Below are positions 21,063-29,111 of a DNA stretch of 46,934 nt, one piece after another. A program made the position numbers and the translations under genes. How positions within the stretch are numbered: the first letter of the stretch is position 1; each line of letters starts with the position of its first letter. Under the pieces are notes generated by a model. It did no database searches and was not told where the DNA came from. It was given only the letters and a program-made list of their open reading frames with translations. The DNA is from Sphingomonadales bacterium. GTDB lineage: Bacteria > Pseudomonadota > Alphaproteobacteria > Sphingomonadales > Sphingomonadaceae. The stretch spans positions 1-46,934 of the forward strand of contig JANNCK010000034.1 in NCBI GenBank assembly GCA_031386545.1. The letters are read 5' to 3'.

Positions 21063-22360
21063 TCGCCCCTTGTACCCGGAATCGGCCTTTCCCCGACAAT
21101 CGACAGGCCATAGCCCTCCAGCCCGACCAGCGTGTGGTGGGTGTTGGTCAACAGGATCATGTCGTGCACGCCGAGTTCGGACAATATCTGTGCGCCGCCG
21201 CCATAGTCGCGCAGTTCTTCAACCTCGGGTGCACCTGCGCCTTTTCCTTCCGCACGCAACTGCATGAAGCGGCTGACCATACCGCGCATCGGCTTGTTAA
21301 TGAGCACGAGTACGCCAGTGCCCTCAGCCGCGATTGCCTCCATCGAGCGCGAAAGCAGGCCCGACCGCTCGTTCTCCTCGCCAAACACATCCACGAACAT
21401 CGACATGGTGTGCATCCGGACGAGTGTCGGCTTGGCGGGGTCGATCCACCCCTTGACCAGCGCCAGTGTCTCGTCGCCAGTCGCCTTGTTGAAAAAGGTC
21501 AACGCGCGCCAGTCGCCACCCCAGCGGCTGGTGAAGCTCATTTCCGCGCGCTTTTCGACAAGGTGGTCGTGCTGGCGGCGATAGGCGATGAGGTCGCGGA
21601 TTGTGCCCATTTTGAGGCCGTGAAGCCGCGCGAACGCCACCAAGTTGTCCATCCGCGCCATGGTGCCGTCGTCTTTCATGATCTCACAGATCACGCCCGA
21701 CGGATTGAGCCCTGCCAGCCGCGAGACATCGACCGCCGCTTCGGTATGGCCGGTACGGACCAGCACGCCGCCGTCGCGTGCGACCAAAGGGAACACATGG
21801 CCGGGCGTGACGATGTCGTCGCGACCCTTGCCGCCATCAATGGCGACGGCAATCGTCCGCGCACGGTCGGCAGCGGAAATGCCTGTGGTTACACCCTCCC
21901 GTGCCTCGATAGAGACAGTAAACGCGGTTTCGTGGCGGGTGCCGTTGCTGCGGCTCATCAGTTCGAGACCGAGCTGGTCGACACGCGCCTTGGTCATCGT
22001 AAGGCAGATCAGCCCGCGCCCGTGGGTTGCCATGAAATTGATCGCATCGGGCGTTGCCATCTGGGCGGGGATAATCAGATCGCCCTCGTTCTCGCGGTCC
22101 TCGTCATCGACGAGGATAAACATGCGACCGTTGCGCGCCTCGTCGATGATCTCCTCAATCGGGACGAGCGCAGGGCGGTCGCTGTTGGCCGCCAGATAGC
22201 GTTCGAGTTTGCCGAGCGTGTCGGCGGTCGGGTTCCATTCTGCCGCATCAAGATCGCGGAGTGTATTGGCATGGAGACCCGCGGCACGGGCGAGGCCGGA
22301 ACGGGAAATGCCCCCCTCGCTGACGAGAGTGCGAAGCTGGGCAATGAGTGCCTGCGACAT
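21059..22360 (-). CDS. ribB: DHBP synthase with N-terminal HTH-like extension and degenerate GTP cyclohydrolase II-like C-domain (HTH-RibBX)
   Basis: DDEDRENEGDL, TAFTVSI, TTGISAADRA, PGHVFPL, GHTEAAVD, VICEIM. C-domain has RMH..DVFG and RDYGGGAQIL but no Zn cysteines. Confidence 0.93.
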   Translation of the reverse strand: MSQALIAQLRTLVSEGGISRSGLARAAGLHANTLRDLDAAEWNPTADTLGKLERYLAANSDRPALVPIEEIIDEARNGRMFILVDDEDRENEGDLIIPAQMATPDAINFMATHGRGLICLTMTKARVDQLGLELMSRSNGTRHETAFTVSIEAREGVTTGISAADRARTIAVAIDGGKGRDDIVTPGHVFPLVARDGGVLVRTGHTEAAVDVSRLAGLNPSGVICEIMKDDGTMARMDNLVAFARLHGLKMGTIRDLIAYRRQHDHLVEKRAEMSFTSRWGGDWRALTFFNKATGDETLALVKGWIDPAKPTLVRMHTMSMFVDVFGEENERSGLLSRSMEAIAAEGTGVLVLINKPMRGMVSRFMQLRAEGKGAGAPEVEELRDYGGGAQILSELGVHDMILLTNTHHTLVGLEGYGLSIVGERPIPGTRGE

Positions 22361-22415
22361 GGTGCGATCCTTGAAAGGTTAGTTAGGGTGACTCGAAGAC
22401 AGCGTCACACCACCT

Positions 22416-22442
22416 CATGTCACATGCTGATGTGATTTACAA
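22416..22442 (-). promoter_or_regulatory. Candidate operator TCACAT-N4-ATGTGA within a possible internal ribB promoter
   Basis: Perfect 6-4-6 inverted repeat at 22420-22435, next to a minus-strand TTGTAA (-35-like, 22437-22442), in the 90-bp ribE-ribB gap. Confidence 0.5.
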
Positions 22443-22450
22443 GAAGGAAT

Positions 22451-23059
22451 TCACACCAGCGTGTCAAAGTCGCGCATTCTCTTGAGATAACGCGCCAGCA
22501 CGTCGATCTCGAGATTGACCTCACGCCCGGTCACCAGATCGCCGAGCGTCGTCACGCTCCATGTGTGCGGAATGATGTTGACCGCGAACTGGGTGCCACC
22601 TGCTTCGTCGCGAACTTCGTTGACGGTCAACGAGACGCCGTCGACGGTAATCGAGCCCTTTGGCGCAACGAACGGTGCGATCCCCGCCGGAACACGAATG
22701 CCGATGCGGTGCGAGCCGCCCGCCTCGCAAACGCCGATGACCTCGCCGACACCATCGACATGGCCGGTGACAATATGTCCGCCGAGCTCGTCACCGATTT
22801 TCAGCGCGCGTTCGAGATTGAGGCGGTTCCCCGTATCCCACATGCCTGACGCGGTTTTGGTGACGCTTTCGCCCGAAACATCGGCGGCAAACCAGTCACT
22901 GCCTTTTTCGACAACGGTCATGCACGCACCCGAACACGCTATCGATGCGCCGATGGCGATACCGGCCATATCATAGCCGCAGTGCACCACAATGCGCCGG
23001 TCGCCGCGCACTTCGCTGGCGGTCACAGTGCCAATTTCGGTAATGATGCCGGTGAACAT
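22451..23059 (-). CDS. ribE: Riboflavin synthase (alpha chain; ribC in E. coli naming)
   Basis: MFTGII, GASIACSGACMTV, NLERAL, GGHIVTGHVDG, KGSITVDGVSLTV, VNLEID. Confidence 0.97.
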   Translation of the reverse strand: MFTGIITEIGTVTASEVRGDRRIVVHCGYDMAGIAIGASIACSGACMTVVEKGSDWFAADVSGESVTKTASGMWDTGNRLNLERALKIGDELGGHIVTGHVDGVGEVIGVCEAGGSHRIGIRVPAGIAPFVAPKGSITVDGVSLTVNEVRDEAGGTQFAVNIIPHTWSVTTLGDLVTGREVNLEIDVLARYLKRMRDFDTLV

Positions 23060-23067
23060 GGTTGCGC

Positions 23068-24081
23068 CTACCCCCTGACCCGTTCGTAAACGTCGAGCCG
23101 GTCGCTGCCAAGACGACGGCTGTCGGTTATGGCCCAGCGTCCGTGCGCGTCGGCAAGATTGCCAAGACCAATGTCACCTAGGGCGCACCCGCCACCGATC
23201 AATATCGGGGCGCGATAGATGAGCAACCGGTCGACAAGATCGGCGAGCAGGAACGACGCGGCGGTGCTCATTCCCCCTTCGACGAGCAGCCAATCGGCAT
23301 CGAGGTCACTGATCGCCGAAGGTGTATTTATAGTTCGCGCGGAGATCGCGGAGGCTGCGGAGAGTCCGGACGAAACGTCTTCGCGGCCTCCGCGATCTCC
23401 GCGCGAACCCAACAAGATCACGATGGAAGGTCTGCGCCCTTCGAGACCGGGCAAGCGCACGTCGAGCTTCGGACTGTCGAATTCCCATGTCCCGCGCCCG
23501 ACCAGAATCGCATCAGCGCAGGCGCGTTCGACATGGGCGTGCGCCCGTGCAGCATCGCCGGTGATCCACTGGCTGCGCCCGTCGGCCATCGCCGCCGCAC
23601 CGTCGAGCGACAGCGCCAGTTTCAGCGTGACATGAGGGCGTCCGAGGCGCTGGCGGGTCATAAACCCCGCCAAGGTGCGGGTCGCATCGGCGACACGTAC
23701 TTCAGCCGTAACGTCCAGGCCCGCCGCGCGCAGAAGCGCGATCCCGGCCCCGTCGGTTCGCAAATCGGGATCGCCCGTCGCGATCACCACCCGCACAATT
23801 CCCGCGGCAACAATCAGGTCCGAACATGTCGGTCCCCGGGCGCTGACGTGCGCACAGGGTTCAAGTATTGTATAAAGTGTCGCCCCGCGCGCTGCTTCGC
23901 CAGCCTGTGCCAGCGCCATCGCCTCGGCATGGGGACGCCCGCCTGGCTGGGTCCAGCCGCGCCCGACGATTACGCCGTCAGCAACGACCACGCAGCCGAC
24001 ATTCGGGTTAGGCCACGTCTGCCCCTGCCCGCGTGTGCCGAGCGCGAGCGCCGCGCCCATCTGGCGTTCGTCGTCTCTCAA
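23068..24081 (-). CDS. ribD: Bifunctional pyrimidine deaminase/reductase RibD
   Basis: PNPNVGCVVV, HAE, LEPC..C, SLDG, SQWITG, LLVEGG; TTG start overlaps the upstream stop. Confidence 0.95.
   Translation of the reverse strand: MRDDERQMGAALALGTRGQGQTWPNPNVGCVVVADGVIVGRGWTQPGGRPHAEAMALAQAGEAARGATLYTILEPCAHVSARGPTCSDLIVAAGIVRVVIATGDPDLRTDGAGIALLRAAGLDVTAEVRVADATRTLAGFMTRQRLGRPHVTLKLALSLDGAAAMADGRSQWITGDAARAHAHVERACADAILVGRGTWEFDSPKLDVRLPGLEGRRPSIVILLGSRGDRGGREDVSSGLSAASAISARTINTPSAISDLDADWLLVEGGMSTAASFLLADLVDRLLIYRAPILIGGGCALGDIGLGNLADAHGRWAITDSRRLGSDRLDVYERVRG
23333..23408. repeat. 76-bp palindromic element inside the ribD coding sequence
   Basis: Arms GTTCGCGCGGAGATCGCGGAGGCTGCGGAGA and TCTTCGCGGCCTCCGCGATCTCCGCGCGAAC are complementary at 29 of 31 positions; 14-nt spacer. 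Confidence 0.9.
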
Positions 24082-24425
24082 ATACCGAGCCGCTTGGCGA
24101 GCGCCTTATACTCGTCCTGCCGCTTCCTTGCCGCAGCGGCGCGCGCTTCGCGTTCGGCCTTTTCACGCGGCGCATCAATGGCCTGTTGTGCGAGAATGTC
24201 GGCGGTGCTGCGGGTTTTGGGCCATTGCTTGACGTACATGACCTTCGGCGGCTGCCATTCCGGTTTTACGCTGAGCTTGTCGAAAATCGCCCAAAACCAG
24301 AAACCCGTCGCGACCACGGCAAGTCCGCCAAATACAAACTCGTGGCGCCGCCGTGCGCGCAGAAACTGCCACAGGTCGGCAAGCGCGTTCGACGGGCGCG
24401 CAGGGCGGGGTATGAAGGCCATCAT
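24078..24425 (-). CDS. Small single-pass membrane protein coupled to ribD
   Basis: One hydrophobic helix and a charged helical tail; stop overlaps the ribD start. Start at 24425 or 24422. Confidence 0.7.
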   Translation of the reverse strand: MMAFIPRPARPSNALADLWQFLRARRRHEFVFGGLAVVATGFWFWAIFDKLSVKPEWQPPKVMYVKQWPKTRSTADILAQQAIDAPREKAEREARAAAARKRQDEYKALAKRLGI

Positions 24426-24509
24426 CGCGCAAGATAGGCCCGAAGCCCGCGCTGTTCCAGTCAATTGCCGTGTTCATGAATTCTGCTTCGATTGGTTTGA
24501 AGCATCGAT

Positions 24510-24590
24510 CCGGCTTGGCTGAGCCTGTCGAAGCCCCTTCCTACTTCAGGATTGAGGAGGAAGGTCCTTCGACAAGCTCAGTGAAGTCGG
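24510..24590. repeat. REP-like intergenic palindrome (CTTCGACAAGCTCAG type)
   Basis: CTGAGCCTGTCGAAG (24519-24533) pairs with CTTCGACAAGCTCAG (24567-24581); inner CCTTCCT/AGGAAGG and outer CCGGCTT/AAGTCGG stems. Confidence 0.8.
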
Positions 24591-24625
24591 TGAAGGACAG
24601 GCGATCAAGTCGCTCTACGCTCCGA

Positions 24626-25288
24626 TCACCGCATGATGCGGAATTGCACCTTCTTGGTCAGCCACGTGACCACCGCATCACCGTCGCGCGTGGCTGGTTT
24701 GAACCGCCACCGCTTGAGCGCCCAGTCACGGGTCGAGACGAAAAACGCAGGGTCATCAGCCCGCACCAGCTCAACCACAATAACGCGCCCGTCGGTGCCG
24801 ATCTGGATACGGACGGTCACACTTCCCTCGATTTCCATCCGCTCTAACGCGGCGGGATAGGGCGGCTGCAAGTCGCGCACAAACCGTTCGTCGATACCGG
24901 CCCCGACGATGACGGGGTGCACAGGCGGCGCCAGCTTTTCAGTCACGCCCTCGCCGAGTCCAGATCCTGTGGGCGGCAGCGGCGGCAAGTCGGGCCATGA
25001 GGTCCGCACGGGGTGGGTCGGCACGACAACAACCGGATCGCGGGGCTGCGGGCGCGGGTCCAGCTTGACCTGCTGCTTGCGTTGTTTCTGTTCGGGCGGG
25101 GGTAGCTGGGCCGGCGGAAATTGTTTCAGGGTAATCGGCTTTTCCGGCACCCCGAGAATTTCAGGGTGGTAGCTCAGGATCGCGCCAAGAAGCCCGACGT
25201 GGACCACGACGGCGGCGGCAAGCAGGCCGGGATGGCGGCTGTTTTTGTCGAGATACCCGTTGTTCCGGGCGGCGGTGGGGACATGCAT
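24626..25288 (-). CDS. tonB: Energy transducer TonB family protein
   Basis: N-terminal TM with His, Pro-rich spacer, C-terminal PPYP..EGSVTVRIQIG..WRFKPA; AGGAGG RBS. Confidence 0.9.
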   Translation of the reverse strand: MHVPTAARNNGYLDKNSRHPGLLAAAVVVHVGLLGAILSYHPEILGVPEKPITLKQFPPAQLPPPEQKQRKQQVKLDPRPQPRDPVVVVPTHPVRTSWPDLPPLPPTGSGLGEGVTEKLAPPVHPVIVGAGIDERFVRDLQPPYPAALERMEIEGSVTVRIQIGTDGRVIVVELVRADDPAFFVSTRDWALKRWRFKPATRDGDAVVTWLTKKVQFRIMR

Positions 25289-25330
25289 AACATCCTCCTT
25301 TCGGAGCGATGTTGCGAGCCAACATCACTC
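25289..25330 (-). promoter_or_regulatory. Structured tonB 5' leader with two alternative hairpins, one occluding the SD
   Basis: Minus strand reads GAGTGATGTTG-GCTCG-CAACATCGCTC-CGAAAGGAGGATGTT-ATG; the AACATCGCTC segment can pair upstream or with the SD. Confidence 0.55.
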
Positions 25331-25373
25331 ACAATTGCGATGATATACTGTTTTATTGTGTACGCCTAGTGAA

Positions 25374-26675
25374 TCATGCGGACAGCCGCCGCAGGGCTTC
25401 ATCGCGCCCGATCAAGGGGAGTAGCGCCGCCATGTCCGGGCCGTGGTCAAGTCCGGTCAGGGTACGGCGCAGCGGCAGGAACAGCGATTTACCGCTGCGT
25501 CCGGTAGCGGCCTTGAGTTCGGTGGTAAGTGTCCGCCACGGATCGGTGGCCCAGTCGAGATCGGCAGCAATCCGGGCTGCCTCGGCGAGGAAATCCGTGT
25601 CTTCTGGCGCGGCAGGCACATCGAGCGGCCCGGTCACCACCCGCCACCAGTCACCGGCCCCGGCAAGTGTGGACAGGTTCGGACGAATTACCGCCCATGC
25701 AGCCGCGTCCATCCCCGACGGCAGGCGCGCCGCCACCTTCTCGTAGGGCGTCTGGTGGAGCATCTTGGCATTCAGCGTTTCGAGTTCGGCAATGTCAAAG
25801 CGCGCAGGCGCACGCCCGAACCGGGCGAAATCGATGCCGTCAACCAGCGGCGCGACACTTTCAATCGGCTCGACTGAATCACTGGTGCCGAGGCGGGCGA
25901 GCAGCGCCACCACGGCCAGCGGTTCGATGCCATCGGCGCGCAGGGCATCGCAATCGAGGCTGCCAAGGCGCTTCGACAATTTGCCTTCGGTGCCAACCAG
26001 TAACGCCTCGTGCGCGAAAGCGGGGGGTTCGGCTCCGAGCGCAACAAACATCTGGAGTTGCGTCGCGGTGTTCGAGACATGGTCCTCGCCGCGCACCACG
26101 GTCGTTATGGCCATGTCGATGTCGTCGATGACACTCGGCAACAGATACAGCCACGACCCATCCGCGCGGCGGACAACGGGGTCCGAAATCAGTTTAGGGT
26201 CGAAATGCTGGCGACCGCGAATCAGGTCGTCCCATATAATGGCGGCGTCATGATCGAGACGGAAGCGCCAGTGCGGTGCACGATCGGGCGGCACCAGTGC
26301 ATCGGCGGCGGGCCGCTCGTAAATCGGTGGCAGGCCGCGCCCGAGCAGCACCTTGCGTCGCAGATCGAGTTCATCGGATGTTTCGTGACAGGCATAGACC
26401 CGCCCCGCTGCGCGCAGCTCATCAAACCGCGCTTCGTACAGCGCAAACCGTGCCGACTGGCGTTCCTCACCGTCGCGGGTCAGTCCCAGCCAGTCGAGAT
26501 CAGTGCGGATTGCATCCACGAACGCCTCTGACGAGCGCGCCGCATCGGTGTCGTCGATCCGGAGCAGGAAACGGCCGCCGTTCTTCTTCGCCCACAGCCA
26601 GCAATGCAGCGCGGTGCGGATATTGCCGATGTGGAGGCGGCCAGTAGGCGAGGGGGCGAAGCGGGTGGTGGTCAT
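25374..26675 (-). CDS. gltX: Glutamate--tRNA ligase
   Basis: RFAPSPTG.LHIGN, LRIDDTD, RGEDHVSNT, KLSKR, anticodon domain LFLPLR..GP. Confidence 0.95.
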   Translation of the reverse strand: MTTTRFAPSPTGRLHIGNIRTALHCWLWAKKNGGRFLLRIDDTDAARSSEAFVDAIRTDLDWLGLTRDGEERQSARFALYEARFDELRAAGRVYACHETSDELDLRRKVLLGRGLPPIYERPAADALVPPDRAPHWRFRLDHDAAIIWDDLIRGRQHFDPKLISDPVVRRADGSWLYLLPSVIDDIDMAITTVVRGEDHVSNTATQLQMFVALGAEPPAFAHEALLVGTEGKLSKRLGSLDCDALRADGIEPLAVVALLARLGTSDSVEPIESVAPLVDGIDFARFGRAPARFDIAELETLNAKMLHQTPYEKVAARLPSGMDAAAWAVIRPNLSTLAGAGDWWRVVTGPLDVPAAPEDTDFLAEAARIAADLDWATDPWRTLTTELKAATGRSGKSLFLPLRRTLTGLDHGPDMAALLPLIGRDEALRRLSA

Positions 26676-27085
26676 GAATAGGGGTCGATCGTCGCCAGAC
26701 CGAAAGTTCGGCAGGCATTGAGCAATAGCTTGTCGGCGCTTGCCACACGGCCACCAAGGCGTTGGGCGAGTTCGAGATAAGCGGCGTCGCGCGGGGTCAG
26801 ACCGGTTGCGCGCGCCAGTTCGAGCAAAAGCCGGTCGACGCGCACCGGGTCGATGACAGCAAGACCGATCACGCTTTGCGCCTTATCCCAATAAAGCCCC
26901 AGCAGTGCCGTCTCGACACGCCCCTGTCGATGCGCTTTCACGATCAAGTTCATCGATTCCACCGCCAAATGTGCAGGCGCGCTCAGCGCGTCGTCGGCAA
27001 GCGATGCCCGCAACACGTCAGCATAGGCTGTACCATGGTCCTGCAAGATCAGCGCACCCACGGCCGACGCATCGACGACGATCAA
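26672..27085 (-). CDS. vapC: PIN-domain toxin, VapC family
   Basis: IVVDASA..E..DAAYLELA..SAD acidic residues; TTG start at 27085 overlaps the antitoxin stop. Confidence 0.88.
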   Translation of the reverse strand: MIVVDASAVGALILQDHGTAYADVLRASLADDALSAPAHLAVESMNLIVKAHRQGRVETALLGLYWDKAQSVIGLAVIDPVRVDRLLLELARATGLTPRDAAYLELAQRLGGRVASADKLLLNACRTFGLATIDPYS

Positions 27086-27339
27086 GTGTCGCGATCCTCG
27101 CGCACCCAACCGACAAGATCATCGAGCGTGATGCCGGTGGGTGGCTGCTTCTGGCGCCATTCGGCAAGTTCCGCGAGCACCGTCCGCTGCTTACGCAACC
27201 GCGCTTCACGGTCATCGATTGCGACAAGTTTGGCACGCGCCCTGCCATGGCGCGTTATGACGATCTCGTCGCCCGCCTCGGCTGCGGCGACAAATTCGGA
27301 CAGGCGGTCCTTGGCTTCGCTTAGAGCTACGCTACGCAT
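27082..27339 (-). CDS. Phd/YefM family antitoxin
   Basis: VALSEAKDRLSEFV..GDEIVITRHGRARAKLV, directly upstream of a PIN toxin. Confidence 0.92.
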   Translation of the reverse strand: MRSVALSEAKDRLSEFVAAAEAGDEIVITRHGRARAKLVAIDDREARLRKQRTVLAELAEWRQKQPPTGITLDDLVGWVREDRDT

Positions 27340-27351
27340 CGGCTTTCCTCT

Positions 27352-27387
27352 GGCTAGAATAATAGCCTGATTTTGCGAGTAAGTCTA
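27352..27387 (-). promoter_or_regulatory. Sigma70-like promoter and operator of the TA module
   Basis: TAGACT (27387-27382)-17 bp-TATTAT (27364-27359); palindrome GGCTA-N6-TAGCC (27352-27367) spans the -10. Confidence 0.6.
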
Positions 27388-29037
27388 TACCGTCCGGAAC
27401 GCGTTGGTGATCGGATAGCGCCGGTCGCGGCCAAAATTACGGCTACCGAGTTTCACGCCCGGCGGCGACTGGCGGCGTTTATATTCGGCAACATACAGCA
27501 ACCGTTCGATGCGGATCACGGTGTCGCGATCAAACCCGCGCGCGACGATGTCGGCGACCGATAGTTCTTCCTCGACCAGCCCGCGCAAAATAGGGTCGAG
27601 GATGTCATAGGGCGGCAGCGAATCATCGTCGCGCTGGTCGTCGCGCAGCTCCGCCGACGGGGGGCGGGTGATGACCCGTTCGGGCAACACCCGCCCCTCC
27701 GGGCCGAGGCCGAGGCGGGGCTTGTTGGCGTTTCGCCAGCGGGAAAGCGCGAACACGGTGGTTTTATACGCGTCCTTCAACACCGAATAACCGCCGGCCA
27801 TATCGCCGTAGATCGTCGCATAGCCGACCGACATTTCGGACTTGTTGCCCGTCGTCAGCAACATCGGTCCGAATTTATTGCTGATCGCCATCAGGGTCAG
27901 GCCACGGATACGCGACTGGATATTTTCCTCGGCCAGATCGGGCGCGCGTCCGGCGAAAACCCCCGCCAGCATTGCATCAAAGGCCGTCATGGCGTCGGCA
28001 ATCGGGATGGTATCGAGGCGCACCCCGAGCATCCGCGCGCACGCCGCCGCATCGCTTTCGGAAATGTCAGCGGTGTAGCGCGACGGCATCATCACGCACC
28101 ACACCCGGTCCGCGCCCAGCGCATCAACCGCGACTGCCGCCGACAATGCCGAATCAATGCCCCCAGAAAGGCCCAGCACGACGCCGGGAAAGCGGTTGGT
28201 GTTCACATAATCGCGCAGGCCGACAAGCATCGCATGATAGATGTCGGCTGGGTGCGGATCGAGCGTGGCGACGATGCCGGGTTCGCAACGCCAGCCATTT
28301 GGATGCCGGGTCCAAACCGTTTCGACCAGCGCCTCTTCCCAATCGGGCAACTGGTGCGCGACCGACCCGTCAGCATTGAGCACAAATGACGCGCCATCGA
28401 ATACGATTTCGTCCTGCCCGCCGACGCGGTTTACGAAAGCAAGTGGCAGACCCGTCTCGCGAACCCGCAGCGCCGCAACCCCGTTGACGCGCAACTCGTC
28501 CTTGTCAATTTCATACGGGCTGCCGTGCGGGGCAATGAGCAGCTCCGCCCCGCGTTGTTTCAGATGGTCGCAAACCGCTGGAAACCAGATGTCTTCGCAC
28601 AGCGGCAGGCCCAGCTTCACACCCTTAAACATGATTGGTTCGGGTAGCGGCCCGGCTGTGAAGATGCGCTTTTCGTCGAAGGTGCCGTAGTTAGGCAGCT
28701 CGTGTTTTCGCGTCGTTGCGGTCACACGGCCGCCTTCGCAGAGCGCGAGGATGTTGTAGATTTTGTTGTCCACTCGCTCAATGCTGCCGACCAGCATCGC
28801 GGGTCCACCGTCCGCCGTGGCCGCCGCGAGACGGGCGAGTTCGACCGCCGCACGTTCCGCCACTGCCGGTTTGAGCACCAGATCTTCGGGTGGATAGCCG
28901 ATCAGTTGAAGTTCAGGGAAAACAATCAAATCGGCGTCGGTACGCGCCCGTACCACTAGCATCGCATCGGCATTGCCGGTCAGGTCGCCCACGCGCTGCG
29001 CCATCTGGGCAATGGCTATAGTCAACCGGTCAGTCAT
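27385..29037 (-). CDS. nadE: Glutamine-dependent NAD+ synthetase
   Basis: Nitrilase domain (FPEL, LPNYGTFDEKR, CEDIW) plus SGGIDS, ENIQSRIRG, TGNKSE, EYKRRQ. Confidence 0.97.
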   Translation of the reverse strand: MTDRLTIAIAQMAQRVGDLTGNADAMLVVRARTDADLIVFPELQLIGYPPEDLVLKPAVAERAAVELARLAAATADGGPAMLVGSIERVDNKIYNILALCEGGRVTATTRKHELPNYGTFDEKRIFTAGPLPEPIMFKGVKLGLPLCEDIWFPAVCDHLKQRGAELLIAPHGSPYEIDKDELRVNGVAALRVRETGLPLAFVNRVGGQDEIVFDGASFVLNADGSVAHQLPDWEEALVETVWTRHPNGWRCEPGIVATLDPHPADIYHAMLVGLRDYVNTNRFPGVVLGLSGGIDSALSAAVAVDALGADRVWCVMMPSRYTADISESDAAACARMLGVRLDTIPIADAMTAFDAMLAGVFAGRAPDLAEENIQSRIRGLTLMAISNKFGPMLLTTGNKSEMSVGYATIYGDMAGGYSVLKDAYKTTVFALSRWRNANKPRLGLGPEGRVLPERVITRPPSAELRDDQRDDDSLPPYDILDPILRGLVEEELSVADIVARGFDRDTVIRIERLLYVAEYKRRQSPPGVKLGSRNFGRDRRYPITNAFRTV

Positions 29038-29111
29038 GCCCGTCGCTCTAGGCTTCCCCTTTGACAGCGGGCAAGCGGTGTTTAAGGGCGTGCCCGACAG
29101 GGGAGCTCGAT

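Noticed and set aside
22420-22435. CRP/FNR-family site
   Set aside because: Half-sites are everted (TCACA..TGTGA) relative to the CRP consensus TGTGA-N6-TCACA.
24426-24625. FMN riboswitch upstream of the rib operon
   Set aside because: No RFN consensus segments recognised here or in the ribE-ribB gap; the structure present is a REP-like palindrome. A covariance-model search would be decisive.
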